Source: an uncultured Clostridium sp. (GTDB lineage: Bacteria > Bacillota > Clostridia > TANB77 > CAG-508). Taken from it: a DNA stretch of 64,000 nt. A model generated the notes under the pieces. The model saw only the letters and a list, made by a program, of their open reading frames with translations. It ran no database searches and was not told the origin of the DNA. The first letter of the stretch is position 1, and each line of letters opens with the position of its first letter. The stretch is from assembly GCA_964608075.1 (NCBI GenBank), contig CAZSMG010000001.1, positions 8,814-72,813 on the forward strand, written 5' to 3'. The position numbers and the translations under genes were made by a program. This document shows positions 18,389 to 29,800 of this stretch, piece by piece.

Positions 18389-20107
18389 ATGGAGAATGAA
18401 AAAGAACATGTTTTAACAGAAGAATGGCAATTATATGAAAAAGGTAAAAGTTATAATACAACAGTAGGATTATATACAGATACAGAAAGAAACTATAATT
18501 TCTATCATGGTAAACAATGGGATAACGCAAGATTAGGTAGTATACAGCCTATAACTTTAAATGTAATAAGACCTACTGTAAAATATAAAGTTGGTGTGTT
18601 AAACAATAACGACTATCAAATAGTATTTAACCCTAATGCATATGATACAAAACAACAAGGACAAGAGTTAGAAGAAATATGCAAGAGTTTAAATAAATAC
18701 AGTAATAGAATATGGGAACAGGAACAGGTAAATACAAAGGTTAAAGAAGTAGTAAAAGATGCTTGCATTAATTCAGAGGGTATTATTCATTCTTATGAGG
18801 AGGATGGAGAGATTAAAGCAGAAGTAATAGATAAAACGAATATGTATTTAGGTAATGAAAATGATTCTGATTTACAAGCACAGCCATATATATTATTAAG
18901 CTTTAGAAGAACAGTAGATAGTGTAAAAGAAGAAGCACGAAGAAATGGAATATCAGAAGAAGAAATTGCAAATATAACTGTTGATTCTGATTATGAGGAA
19001 CAGTCTGGAAGAGATAAGAGAATTGAAGAGGTTTCTCCAATGTGTTTAGTTTTGCTTAAGTATTATAAAAAAGATGGAACTGTATGGATTAAGAAGAGTA
19101 CTAAAAATGTAGTTATTAAAAAAGATGCTGACACAAAATTAACACTATATCCTGTTGCTCATATGGTTTGGGAAGATGTAAAAGGATATTCAAGAGGTAT
19201 AGGAGAAGTTAAATACCTAATACCAAATCAAATAGAGATTAATAAAACGGCTACAAGAAGAGCTATAGCTGTACAAATGTGTGCTTATCCTAAGTTAGTT
19301 GCTAATATGAAATATATAACTAATCCTGCAAGTTTAAGTAAAGTAGGTACTACAATAGAATTATCAGAAATACAGGCTGATGATGTTAATAAGGTTGTGT
19401 CTTATTTAAGACCTACTTCAATGACTTCTGATGCATTAAATTTACAACAAGAGTTAATGAAGGATACTCAGGATTTAGCTGGTGCAGGGGATACTGTAAA
19501 TGGCAATGTGGACCCTACTCAAACATCAGGAAAAGCTATTTTAGCAGTTCAACAGGCAGGGCAACAACCATTAAACGAGCAATTAGATAAATTTAAAACG
19601 TTTATAGAAGATGTAGCAAGAATATGGTATGAAATGGTACAAACATATTCTATAGATGGTATAACGGTAACTAAAGAAGAGAAGAATATAGAAACTGGAG
19701 AGGTTACTGAAATACCATACTTAATTTCGTTTGAGCAATTACAAGCAATGAAGCCAGATCTAAAGATTGATATTACTCCACATTCAGCATATGATAAATA
19801 TGCTCAAGAGCAATCATTAGAGAATTTAATGTTACAAAAGTTAATAACTTTTGAGGAGTATGTGAATGCATTATCAGATGATAGTGTAATGCCTAAACCT
19901 AAGTTGACTAAGATATTACAGCAAAGGAAAGAGGCACAGGCTAAGATACACGAAATGGAGAAACAGGCTAATGCAATTAATAGTGCTATGCAACAGGAGA
20001 TGGCAATACAGGAGATACAGAATACTGATAATGAATTGAATAATATAGCAGAACAAGCAAATGAAGCAAATAATAGAGCCATGGAGATATTGGGAGGTGT
20101 ACAGTAA
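18389..20107 (+). CDS. portal protein
   Basis: 572 aa, immediately after the terminase genes. Size and position only. Confidence 0.7.
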   Translation: MENEKEHVLTEEWQLYEKGKSYNTTVGLYTDTERNYNFYHGKQWDNARLGSIQPITLNVIRPTVKYKVGVLNNNDYQIVFNPNAYDTKQQGQELEEICKSLNKYSNRIWEQEQVNTKVKEVVKDACINSEGIIHSYEEDGEIKAEVIDKTNMYLGNENDSDLQAQPYILLSFRRTVDSVKEEARRNGISEEEIANITVDSDYEEQSGRDKRIEEVSPMCLVLLKYYKKDGTVWIKKSTKNVVIKKDADTKLTLYPVAHMVWEDVKGYSRGIGEVKYLIPNQIEINKTATRRAIAVQMCAYPKLVANMKYITNPASLSKVGTTIELSEIQADDVNKVVSYLRPTSMTSDALNLQQELMKDTQDLAGAGDTVNGNVDPTQTSGKAILAVQQAGQQPLNEQLDKFKTFIEDVARIWYEMVQTYSIDGITVTKEEKNIETGEVTEIPYLISFEQLQAMKPDLKIDITPHSAYDKYAQEQSLENLMLQKLITFEEYVNALSDDSVMPKPKLTKILQQRKEAQAKIHEMEKQANAINSAMQQEMAIQEIQNTDNELNNIAEQANEANNRAMEILGGVQ

Positions 20108-20229
20108 TGAAGTGTCCTCAATGTAAATTAGTTGAAATGCTAGTTGTTAAAGTTGATGATAGTGTTATCCACTATAAATGCAAAAAGTGTGGAAAAGAAA
20201 TTGATAAAGTGCGAGAAGATAATAAGTAA
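20107..20229 (+). CDS. 40-aa zinc-ribbon protein
   Basis: CPQC ... CKKC motifs. TAATG overlap with the portal stop codon. Confidence 0.45.
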   Translation: MKCPQCKLVEMLVVKVDDSVIHYKCKKCGKEIDKVREDNK

Positions 20230-20318
20230 TCTTCTTTTTTTATTGTCCAAAACATGTGTAAGACAAAAAACTGCTATCAAGGAATTAATAGTCGACAGAC
20301 TTAAAACGGAGGTAACAC

Positions 20319-21140
20319 ATGGATGAAGATGTGGAATTAAATGACAATAATGAGGTAGCACAAGAAGTTGAACAGGAAACTAATGAAGCAGAAAAGCAAG
20401 AAGAGGTTTTTGATGTTCAAAAAGATGAAGAAGATACTCAAGGAGAGGAAAGTAGCCAAGAGAATAAAGATGATGTTCAAAGTAAGATTGATCATGCTGT
20501 TCAAACAAGACTTGAAAGAGAAAGAAGAAATTTTAATAGGGACAATAAGGAATTATTTGAAATGGAGAATATTCTTAAGGCTGGTTTGGGTGTAGAGACA
20601 AGAGCTGATATGATTAAACAGTTAAATGAGTTCTACAAAGATAAGGTTGATATTAAACCTTATAAGTCATCTGTAAATGAAAGAGATGAAAAAATTTTAG
20701 CAGAAGCAGATGCAAAAGAAGTTATTGAATTAGGATTAAATGAAATGGAATTAGAAGCTAATCGTATTGCTAGCATACCAGAAGCGGAACGTTCTATTCG
20801 TGAAAAGACTATGTTCAATACTATTTGTGAGGCTATTATTGAACAAAAGGAAGTAAACGAATTGAAGAATAAAGGGGTAGATATAAATATTTTAGAGGAT
20901 AAGGGCTTTAAAGAGTTTAAAGATAAGTTTAATTTTAAGACGTCTATATCTGATATTTATGATATGTATTCTAAGATAAATCAAAAACCTGATAAACCTG
21001 CATCAGCAGGAAGTGCAAAAAGTGAATCAGGGACTACAGCTAAAACGTTTACACCTGAACAAATTAATAGTATGTCGCCACAAGAGTTGATGAAATATTG
21101 GAATGATCCTGCGTTTAGAAAAGTTGCAGGATTAAATTAA
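20319..21140 (+). CDS. scaffolding protein
   Basis: Acidic, helical, 273 aa, located between the portal and capsid genes. Confidence 0.55.
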   Translation: MDEDVELNDNNEVAQEVEQETNEAEKQEEVFDVQKDEEDTQGEESSQENKDDVQSKIDHAVQTRLERERRNFNRDNKELFEMENILKAGLGVETRADMIKQLNEFYKDKVDIKPYKSSVNERDEKILAEADAKEVIELGLNEMELEANRIASIPEAERSIREKTMFNTICEAIIEQKEVNELKNKGVDINILEDKGFKEFKDKFNFKTSISDIYDMYSKINQKPDKPASAGSAKSESGTTAKTFTPEQINSMSPQELMKYWNDPAFRKVAGLN

Positions 21141-21159
21141 TTTTTAGGAGGAAATAAAT

Positions 21160-22068
21160 ATGTCTATAACAGTAAGTATTGATAAATTAATATCAACAAA
21201 AGTTTTAAAGGAGTTAGAGAATAATCTAATTGCGAAAAGAATTTGTACTTTAGATACAGGTTCTCAAATTAATAAGAAAGGTGATCAAGTAACTTTTACA
21301 GGTATAGGTGATCCAACAGTTCGAGAGTATAAAGGTACAATCAATTATGAAGAATTAGAAGACCAAGGTGTAACTATGAAGATTGATCAATCAGATTATG
21401 TTGCTTTTAAGGTTGATGATATAGAGGCTTTTAGAAGTTCTATAGATGTTAAAGGTACTCAAGTTGAAAGAAGCGGGTATAAAATTAAAGACAAAGCTGA
21501 TAAATATGTGTTAGCTTTGGCTTCTGATAAATCTATAACTAATAGAATAGATGCTTATTCTACAGGAAAAGAAGTTTCAGAAGATAATGCATTACAATAT
21601 GTTGCAAAAGTAAGAAGAATGCTTGATGAGGCAAATGTACCTCACGGACAAGCATTCTTTGTTATTGATCCAATGTTTAAAGAGAAATTAGAATTAGCAG
21701 GTATTAAATTTGGTATCAATGAAGGTATGAAAGGTTTTGAAGGTGGTCTTGAATGGGCTGATTATTTAGGAATGAAAATATTTGTTTCTAATAATGTTAA
21801 AGTTGAAAATGGTAAACATCTTTTAATGGCTGGCTCATATAATGCTATTGTTTATGCAGATCAAATTATTAAATCTAGATTTATTGCTGAAGCAGAAAAT
21901 GCATTTGAGGGATTATATAGTTCTTTACATGTGTATGATGCTAAACCTATAAAACCAGCTGAATTGGTTGTACTTGAAGCTAAGGAAGCAGGAGTAACAG
22001 AAGTAGTTACACCTCCACAAACATCAGAAAGTCAAGGTTCAGAAAATCAAAATAGTGAAACAATATAA
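21160..22068 (+). CDS. major capsid protein
   Basis: 302 aa after the scaffold gene, with a strong RBS and a terminator downstream. Confidence 0.65.
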   Translation: MSITVSIDKLISTKVLKELENNLIAKRICTLDTGSQINKKGDQVTFTGIGDPTVREYKGTINYEELEDQGVTMKIDQSDYVAFKVDDIEAFRSSIDVKGTQVERSGYKIKDKADKYVLALASDKSITNRIDAYSTGKEVSEDNALQYVAKVRRMLDEANVPHGQAFFVIDPMFKEKLELAGIKFGINEGMKGFEGGLEWADYLGMKIFVSNNVKVENGKHLLMAGSYNAIVYADQIIKSRFIAEAENAFEGLYSSLHVYDAKPIKPAELVVLEAKEAGVTEVVTPPQTSESQGSENQNSETI

Positions 22069-22075
22069 TAAATAA

Positions 22076-22100
22076 AGAGGGATTTTGATTCCCTCTTTTG
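22076..22100 (+). terminator. rho-independent terminator after the capsid gene
   Basis: AGAGGGA / TCCCTCT stem followed by a T-run. Confidence 0.65.
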
Positions 22101-22169
22101 CTTGTATATCACTTAAATAGTTAAGTAGGTGCAATTCCTACATAAGTGAAGAAGAAAGGAAATGTAAAA

Positions 22170-22751
22170 ATGACTTTAGAGGAAAATAAAAAAATAGCAT
22201 TAGCATTAATTGAAGAGTATTCTCCAAATAATAATTATTTAACTGATGATGAAGATATATCTACTAGATTAAATTTGGTATATGCTCCTGCTTATCAAGA
22301 GTTAAGTCAGATAAAAAAGATTTTAAAGACAAAGACTTTAAAGGAAGTTACAGATAATACAGAAGAGGGATATGCTCAATATTCGTTGCCAAGTAATATG
22401 TATCAATTTAAAAGGGTAATAGGTTTAGATGAAAATAATAACGAGGTTAGTGTTCAATTTAAAATAATAGGGAAAAAACTGATTTATATTAATAATAGTA
22501 TAAATGCTCAAGTTATATTAGAATATTATGCTTATCCATCAATAATAGCAGAAGATACTGAGAATGATTTTGAGTTAGAAATAGATCAGGATGCACAAAT
22601 GATATTACCATATTTAGTTGCTAATGATATTTTAAAAGTGGATCCTTCTAGTGATTATACGGCTTTTTATTCTGAGTATAAAAGAAAAATAGAAAGTTTA
22701 GATACAAGAACATCATCACCTACAGTTTTAATTGAGGAAGGTATATTATAG
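22170..22751 (+). CDS. virion structural protein (possible head-tail adaptor)
   Basis: Position only. Start moved to the ATG at 22170. Confidence 0.45.
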   Translation: MTLEENKKIALALIEEYSPNNNYLTDDEDISTRLNLVYAPAYQELSQIKKILKTKTLKEVTDNTEEGYAQYSLPSNMYQFKRVIGLDENNNEVSVQFKIIGKKLIYINNSINAQVILEYYAYPSIIAEDTENDFELEIDQDAQMILPYLVANDILKVDPSSDYTAFYSEYKRKIESLDTRTSSPTVLIEEGIL

Positions 22752-22761
22752 GAGGTGTGTT

Positions 22762-24561
22762 ATGAATACAACAGCTATTAGACAGATTTATTCTTCTTTT
22801 AGAGGTGTAGATTTTACAAGTGATCCTGCTATAGTTAATTTGTCAAGAAGTCCAGATGCTTTAAATATATGGAAAAATTATGAGGATACTCAGGGAGAGT
22901 GTATTGAGACTAGACCAGGTTATCAAAAAATTGCAGATTTCGGAAGTTATATTTATGGTATATACATATATCAAAATAAGGCTATTGTTCATGCAGATAC
23001 TAATTTATATTTATGGGACAATTTCCCTTCTAAACCATCAGAGGACAAGATAGTATTAAAAAGTGATATGAATGAGCAAAAGTCATCTTTTGCTATTTTT
23101 GATGATAAGCTATACATTTTGGATGGTTTAAATTATTTAGTTTATGATGGGGAGTCTCTAAAAAATGTAATTGATACAGATACTTACATACCTACTACTA
23201 GTATAAGTAGAAGTCCAAATGGTGGTGGTGAGATGTATGAAGATGTTAATTTACTTTCTCATTTTCGTAAAAATTCATTTGTGGCTGATGGTACATCAAA
23301 AGATTATTATTTAGATGCTACAGATATTGATGATATAACAAAAGTAGTTGTAAATGACAGTGTAGTTACATCTTATACAGTTGATAAATTGAAAGGTAAA
23401 GTGACTTTTTCTGTTGCACCTACTGCTCCTGTTTTAAGCGGAGTTGATAATGTTGTTATTACTTTTAAAAAGACGGTTGATGGTTATTCTGATAGAATTG
23501 CTAAATGTTCTATGGTTTTGTCTTTTGATAGAAGGCTGTTTTTTATTGGTAATCCCGATTTTCCTAATGCTTTGTTTCATTGCAAATTAAATGATCCATC
23601 TTATATTAGTGATTTGTCTTATTATCAAGATGGAAGTAATGAAAGTGCTATTAAGTCAATGGCAGTGGGTAATAATGTTTTATGGGTTTTTAAGGAACCT
23701 AATCAGGAAAATGAGACTATTTTTTACCATGTCCCTACATATGATTCTGAGTATGGGAAGATTTATCCAAGTTATCAGGGCAATATTTCGACTGGTTGTT
23801 TTTCAGAAGCAATAAATTATAAAGATGATATAGTATTTTTGTCAAGAAATGGTTTAGAAGGTATTTCTAGCAGTGATATTAATTCTAAACAGCTATTAAA
23901 TCATAGAAGTAGTTTGATTGATACTAAAATGGTTAATGAGAATAATTATAATTTTGCTACTATGTGTGAGTGGAAAGGGTATTTATTGATTCTAGTTAAT
24001 TCAACAGTTTTTTTGGCTGATATGAGACAAATGTATCAAGGAACTGATGGTTATGAGTATGAGTGGTATTATTGGCGATTTGACAATGATAGTATTTGTA
24101 TTATTAAGGAGTATCAAGGTAGATTATATTTGGGGTCAGAAGATGGCTCTATTTTTATTTTAGGTGGAACCAATGACAACGACAATATAATTAATAGTTA
24201 TTGGACAACACCAATGGACAACTTTGGATATGGAAACAAATATAAGACCACAAATAAAAGAGGTGGAGTGGTAAAGATAAAAACTATACCAAATGGAAAG
24301 ATTAAGATAACAGAGAAGACAAATAAAAAGCCTATAGAAAAGTCAATAAGAGAGTTTAGTGCTACAGGGTTTGATTATGGTAATTTAGATTATTCGAATT
24401 TTGCTTATACCACAACAGCAAGTTCGAATGTAGTTTATAAGATAAAGGAAAAGAAGTTTGCAGAATTATCACTTAAATTTTATAGCAATGAAAAGGATAA
24501 GCCTTTTGGAGTTTATAGTGCAATAATAGAAGCTTTTATAGGTGGTTATATAAAGAGATAG
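22762..24561 (+). CDS. large virion structural protein (tail or nozzle candidate)
   Basis: 599 aa. ATG after AGGAGGTG. Position only. Confidence 0.45.
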   Translation: MNTTAIRQIYSSFRGVDFTSDPAIVNLSRSPDALNIWKNYEDTQGECIETRPGYQKIADFGSYIYGIYIYQNKAIVHADTNLYLWDNFPSKPSEDKIVLKSDMNEQKSSFAIFDDKLYILDGLNYLVYDGESLKNVIDTDTYIPTTSISRSPNGGGEMYEDVNLLSHFRKNSFVADGTSKDYYLDATDIDDITKVVVNDSVVTSYTVDKLKGKVTFSVAPTAPVLSGVDNVVITFKKTVDGYSDRIAKCSMVLSFDRRLFFIGNPDFPNALFHCKLNDPSYISDLSYYQDGSNESAIKSMAVGNNVLWVFKEPNQENETIFYHVPTYDSEYGKIYPSYQGNISTGCFSEAINYKDDIVFLSRNGLEGISSSDINSKQLLNHRSSLIDTKMVNENNYNFATMCEWKGYLLILVNSTVFLADMRQMYQGTDGYEYEWYYWRFDNDSICIIKEYQGRLYLGSEDGSIFILGGTNDNDNIINSYWTTPMDNFGYGNKYKTTNKRGGVVKIKTIPNGKIKITEKTNKKPIEKSIREFSATGFDYGNLDYSNFAYTTTASSNVVYKIKEKKFAELSLKFYSNEKDKPFGVYSAIIEAFIGGYIKR

Positions 24562-24570
24562 GAGGATAAT

Positions 24571-25740
24571 ATGTCAATATCTAAGTTTAATAATAATGTG
24601 AATTACAATCAAAGTCAGCCAGATCAACCTAGTTTGTCTGCTGATGAGATGAAAAGGTTGATGGATCAAGCAGGAGTAGATATTAAAGAATATATAAATA
24701 CAATTTTAACAGAAGAAATTGATGCAATTATAGAAAATATGGAAGAGAAAAAGGTAGATAAAGTAAATGGACAAAAATTATCGGAGAATGATTTTTCGAA
24801 TGCATATAAAGCTAAATTAGATGGTATTGCTAATAATGCTAATAATTATAGTTTACCAGCAGCTACACAGACTGTTTTAGGAGGCGTAAAGGCTGGTAAT
24901 AATTTAACAATTTCATCAGGTGTTTTAAGTGTGACAAAAGCTAATGTGACTAATGCGTTAGGTTATACTCCACCTACTACAAATACGACTTATGGTGTTG
25001 CTACAACGTCTGCTAATGGGTTAATGAGCGCTGGTGACAAGTATAAATTAGATGGTATTGCAACAGGTGCTAATAGAACTATTGTAGATTCATCTTTAAG
25101 TAGTTCTTCAACAAATCCTGTTCAAAATAAAGTAGTAAATGCTGTACAAGGTATAGCAATCAATGCACAAGCTATGGCTAATAATGCAATTCAACGAGCA
25201 ATAGATGCTAATAATAGAGCTCAACAAGTATATGATGCATTGAGGAGTTTAAATAAAGTTCAAGGAAAATTTACTGTCGGGGAAGAACTATACGTAGATA
25301 ATAAATCAATTCGTTCTCAACATATATACAACAAGGAAACAGTGTCAAATAGTCCTAATATGTATATAACTTCAAATGGATGGTTTAGAAGAACAACAAA
25401 TACATCATCAAAAAGATATAAAAAAGATATTAAGGAAGTTACTGATGAAAGATTAAACCCAGAAAGATTATATAATTTAGAAGTAAAACAATTTAAGTAT
25501 AAAGATGAATATCAACCTAATGAAAATGACCCAAGATATAATCAAAATTTAATAGGTTTTATAGCAGAAGATATAGCAGATGTTTATCCTATTGCAACTG
25601 ATTATGAGATAGACGAAAAGGGTAATAAAATAGTTGAAAATTGGAACGAAAGATATATTATACCTGCAATGCTTAAATTAATTCAAGAACAACATAAAGA
25701 GATAGAAGAGTTAAAAGAAATTGTAAAAAAGGAGGTATAA
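24571..25740 (+). CDS. tail fibre with C-terminal intramolecular chaperone (peptidase S74-like) domain
   Basis: C-terminus KKDIKEV ... LYNLEVKQFKYKDE ... IGFIAEDIADVYP ... IPAMLKLIQEQHKEIEELK. Confidence 0.7.
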   Translation: MSISKFNNNVNYNQSQPDQPSLSADEMKRLMDQAGVDIKEYINTILTEEIDAIIENMEEKKVDKVNGQKLSENDFSNAYKAKLDGIANNANNYSLPAATQTVLGGVKAGNNLTISSGVLSVTKANVTNALGYTPPTTNTTYGVATTSANGLMSAGDKYKLDGIATGANRTIVDSSLSSSSTNPVQNKVVNAVQGIAINAQAMANNAIQRAIDANNRAQQVYDALRSLNKVQGKFTVGEELYVDNKSIRSQHIYNKETVSNSPNMYITSNGWFRRTTNTSSKRYKKDIKEVTDERLNPERLYNLEVKQFKYKDEYQPNENDPRYNQNLIGFIAEDIADVYPIATDYEIDEKGNKIVENWNERYIIPAMLKLIQEQHKEIEELKEIVKKEV

Positions 25741-25741
25741 C

Positions 25742-26827
25742 ATGGCAATAAATGATTATGAGGCTATTGATAGTTTAGAATCTAAACAAAATGATATTTT
25801 AGATAATTCTATTGCTAAACAACAAGAGATTATAAATAAACAAACTCAAATGAATGTTGACCAATTACAGAGGCAAAAGGATAAGTTAGATGATGATGTT
25901 ACTAAGACTAATAAGGCTTTGTATACAGAATATAAGAAGAATAATAATCCTTATGGAGCTAATGCAGAAAAGTTAGCGAGTAAAGGATTGGGAAATTCAG
26001 GTTATGCTGAGACTACACAGACAAATTTATATAATACTTATCAAAGGAATATAACAGACACTTTAAATAATGCTAGAAATTTAAAGTCTGATTTTGATTT
26101 TCAAATGGCTCAGGCTAGGCAACAAGGTGATATTACTTTGGCTCAAAATATTTTAGATATTTATAATCAAAAATTACAATTATTGACTCAAAACTATGAG
26201 TTAAGGTCAAATAGGGAGCAATTTTTATATCAACAGGGTCGTGATAAGGTTGCGGATGACCAATGGAACAAAACATTTAATTATCAACAACAAAGAGACA
26301 AAGTTTCTGATAATCAATGGCAACAGACTTTTGATTATCAACATAATAGAGACATGATTGCAGACGACCAATGGAATAGAAATTTTGAATATCAACAAAA
26401 TAGAGATATGGTGTCAGATAATCAATGGGAAAAACAATATGCATATCAACAAAATCGTGACAAGGTTTCTGATAGTCAGTGGAATAAAACTTTTAAATAT
26501 CAACAAGATCGAGATAAAGTTTCGGATAGTCAATGGCAAAAGGAGTATGAGTTATCAAAAAAAGCTAAAGCTAGTAGTTCAAGTAGCTCTAGACGTTCTA
26601 GTGGCAGAAAGTCATCATCAAGTTCTACTAGCGGTTATGTGATTAGTAAAGATGATGGTGTAAATAATACAACTCAAACTAAATATTCTCCCCAAGAAAT
26701 ATTATCAAAAGTTCAAACAGTACAAGGACCAGGAATAAAGAATAATATTAAAGATGGAATATCAGGAGAAACATTTGGAAGTATGGAGGAACTTTTAGCT
26801 TATTATGGATATGGTGCAACTAATTAG
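25742..26827 (+). CDS. Gln-rich virion protein with six tandem 18-aa YQQxRDKVSDxQW repeats
   Basis: The repeats are read directly. A Ser-rich tract follows them. Confidence 0.55.
   Translation: MAINDYEAIDSLESKQNDILDNSIAKQQEIINKQTQMNVDQLQRQKDKLDDDVTKTNKALYTEYKKNNNPYGANAEKLASKGLGNSGYAETTQTNLYNTYQRNITDTLNNARNLKSDFDFQMAQARQQGDITLAQNILDIYNQKLQLLTQNYELRSNREQFLYQQGRDKVADDQWNKTFNYQQQRDKVSDNQWQQTFDYQHNRDMIADDQWNRNFEYQQNRDMVSDNQWEKQYAYQQNRDKVSDSQWNKTFKYQQDRDKVSDSQWQKEYELSKKAKASSSSSSRRSSGRKSSSSSTSGYVISKDDGVNNTTQTKYSPQEILSKVQTVQGPGIKNNIKDGISGETFGSMEELLAYYGYGATN
26228..26551 (+). repeat. 6 x 54-bp in-frame tandem repeat
   Basis: YQQGRDKVADDQWNKTFN, YQQQRDKVSDNQWQQTFD, YQHNRDMIADDQWNRNFE, YQQNRDMVSDNQWEKQYA, YQQNRDKVSDSQWNKTFK, YQQDRDKVSDSQWQKEYE. 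Confidence 0.85.
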
Positions 26828-26836
26828 GAGGAAATA

Positions 26837-29800
26837 ATGAAAATTGTAAAGTTGTCAGATTTAGATAGCGAAGAAAGAAAAAAACTGATTGAAGAAGAAC
26901 AAAATAGAATAAATCAAAGAAATCAAGAAAGAGTTAACATTCAGCAACAAGCTAATACAGATTTCTATAATCAAATAGCAAAAACTGGTGCTTATCAAAA
27001 TAGAGGAACGACATCATTAGGTATATTAAGAAAATTATATAAAAATAATGGTGTTACAGAAAATTCTTTAGATAATTATTATAATGCACATAAAAATGAC
27101 AATCAAAAACCAATGTGGGATAGGATTAAGGAAAGTGCAAATAATAGTTTAAAACAAACTACTATTAATATGACAGGAAATCCAATGTTGTCTCTTTTTG
27201 GAAATGTAAATAAAAATGTTAGCAAATTTATAACAAATGAACAAAAAGATAAAGTGGGTTATATTGGAAAAAGAACAGGTGCAGGAGTAATACAAAATAT
27301 TACAGGAATAGGACAAGCAGGACTAACAGATTTGGCAAATCAAGCTAACAAAGGAAAAGATAAAAATGTTACAGATATGATAGGAGATATTGCAAAAAGT
27401 TTTACTAATTTTTCTAATCCTATATCTAAAATAAATCCAATTCAAACAGGAATAAACACATTTAAAACATTGGCAGATAAAGATAAAAACATATTACAAA
27501 AAGGAGTTTCTTTGACTACTGGAGGAATTTCAGATACAATAAACCAAATTCTACCAGGAAAAAATGTAATAAATTCTACAACTCAACTTTTAGGCAAGAT
27601 AAATCCTAATACATCTGATACTTTATTAAAGTATACAGATATAATTTCTAAACCTTCAGAAGATATAAATAAAAGATTAGATAAAGAGGGACAAAAATAT
27701 GATACTATAACTAATATGCTAGCAGGGACAGGACAAACGATAGGAAATATGATACCTTCTATTGCATTAAGTACAATAAATCCGACAGCAGGTTTAGGAT
27801 TAATGGGACTAAGTGCAAAAGGACAAGCTACTAAAGAAGCATTAGTTAAAGGAGCAGATTTAGAAACAGCGGTAAAAATAGGCGATACAAAAGGTATAGT
27901 GGAAATAGGAACTGAAATGATTTCAGGTGGTGTTAATATTTTTGGTAAAGGTGCAATAGATGATTTAGTAGAAAAAGGAATAATAAATAAAGTAAAAAAT
28001 AAAGTAGGAAAACAATTAGTACAATGGGGTGTAGATAATGCAGGAGAGGTAGCCGAGGAATTAATATCAGATGTAGTAGGAACAATAATAGATAAAGGAA
28101 CTACAGATCCAGATGCAAAATATACATGGAAAGATTTTGGAGAAACAGCAACATCAACAATATTGTCAACAACTATACTTAATTTAATTACAGGTGGACT
28201 TACTGGTGGAAATATAAATAATATACAACAAAATGTTGAAAAAAATCAAAATAACACACAAGAAAATCAAAGCAGTCAACAAATTACTCAACCTCAAAAT
28301 AACTTGTCTCAAAATCAATCCTCAGAGCAAATAAAAGCAGTAGAAACATTAAAACAAGAAATACAAAATAGTAATTTGCCAAATGAAGATAAAACAAATA
28401 TGATAGACTATATAAACAACAACAATATAGACCAAAATACATATAAAGATATGAGACAGACTATAGATAATGCAAATAAAGCTATTGAAAGCAATCAAGA
28501 AATGTTGTATAATAACTCTAATGAAAGTGAGAGTGATATAAATGGATATACGAGAAATATTAATGAGAGAGGGAACGGGATATACAAGAAACAAGAAAAT
28601 CAAACAAACAGAGAATACAGCTGGGAAGAATACAATAAATGGGAAGAATCAATTAAACCAATTTCAGAAAGTATCCTTACCGACAACGAAAAACAGTCAA
28701 TAAGTAGAGCAAAATCAGAGCATAATAAAGATATAGTAATCTATAATGAAAATGATAATGATAACATATATTCTGGGGGAGCATCACAAAAAACAAAGAA
28801 TAAAATTGTTATAAGCAAACAAAAAGCAGAAACGTTCGGGTTAGATAAAATGATATTCCATGAAAATGTTGAAAGTGATATATTACATAATGATACAACA
28901 AGAGATATACTATCTCCAGTAATTGATTTAATAATAAAAGATGACAGCTTTAATCTTCAAAAAGAAAGATTTTGGAGTAATCAAGAAGGAAACATTCCTT
29001 CAAACGAACTTATTGCAAAAGATATTTTATGTGATAGATTTTCTGAAATTAAAAGTGGAGAAAAACTTGATTATGAAAATGTATTAAGTAGTTTAACAAA
29101 CTCAAATATAGATATGTCATTAAGCAATTACTATAAACAAGTATATGGTAAAGAATTAAATATCAATACTCAAGAACTAGAAAAGTCTAGTTCTAATATT
29201 TTGCCTAAAAATCAAAGTTTAGATGCATTAACTAATGATATAAATCAACAAGAAATTGCAAAATTGCCTGAACGTAAAGAAAGAAAACATTATAAGTCAA
29301 TTATGCAGAGTCAATATACGAGTGATGAAGCAAGAAGTATATCAAAGAAAATGATGGGTATAGATACATATGTACCAGAAAGTAATACAAAGCAATTAGA
29401 GAGAGCAGACAAAAGAATAGAATTAGGTGGGGCAGATAGTGAACTTAATTCTTTAATGAGTAGATCAATGACTGGTGGAAATATAAAAGCAGATGATATA
29501 GCAGTAGGAGAAAGACTTATTCAATATTATTCGAAAATAGGAGATAAAGCAAAATTACAAGATGCAATACAAGCAACAGCTATGGCTGGAACAACAGCAG
29601 GACAAACAGTACAAGCAATGAGCTTATTAAACCATCAAACCCCTGAGGGTCAAGCTATATGGCTACAACGTTCTGTAGAAAAAATGAATGAAACTTTGAA
29701 GAAGAATAGAGGACAAAATGCGGAGCAATTTAATTTAACACCTGATATGTTAGATAAGATAGTAAATTCTAAAGATTCAGAACAATTACAACAAAACCTA

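Noticed and set aside
20140-20361. ORFs 20144..20326 (+) and 20140..20361 (-) between the portal and scaffold genes.
   Set aside because: A 40-aa zinc-ribbon ORF (20107..20229) with TAATG coupling to the portal gene explains the region better. The others lack an RBS.
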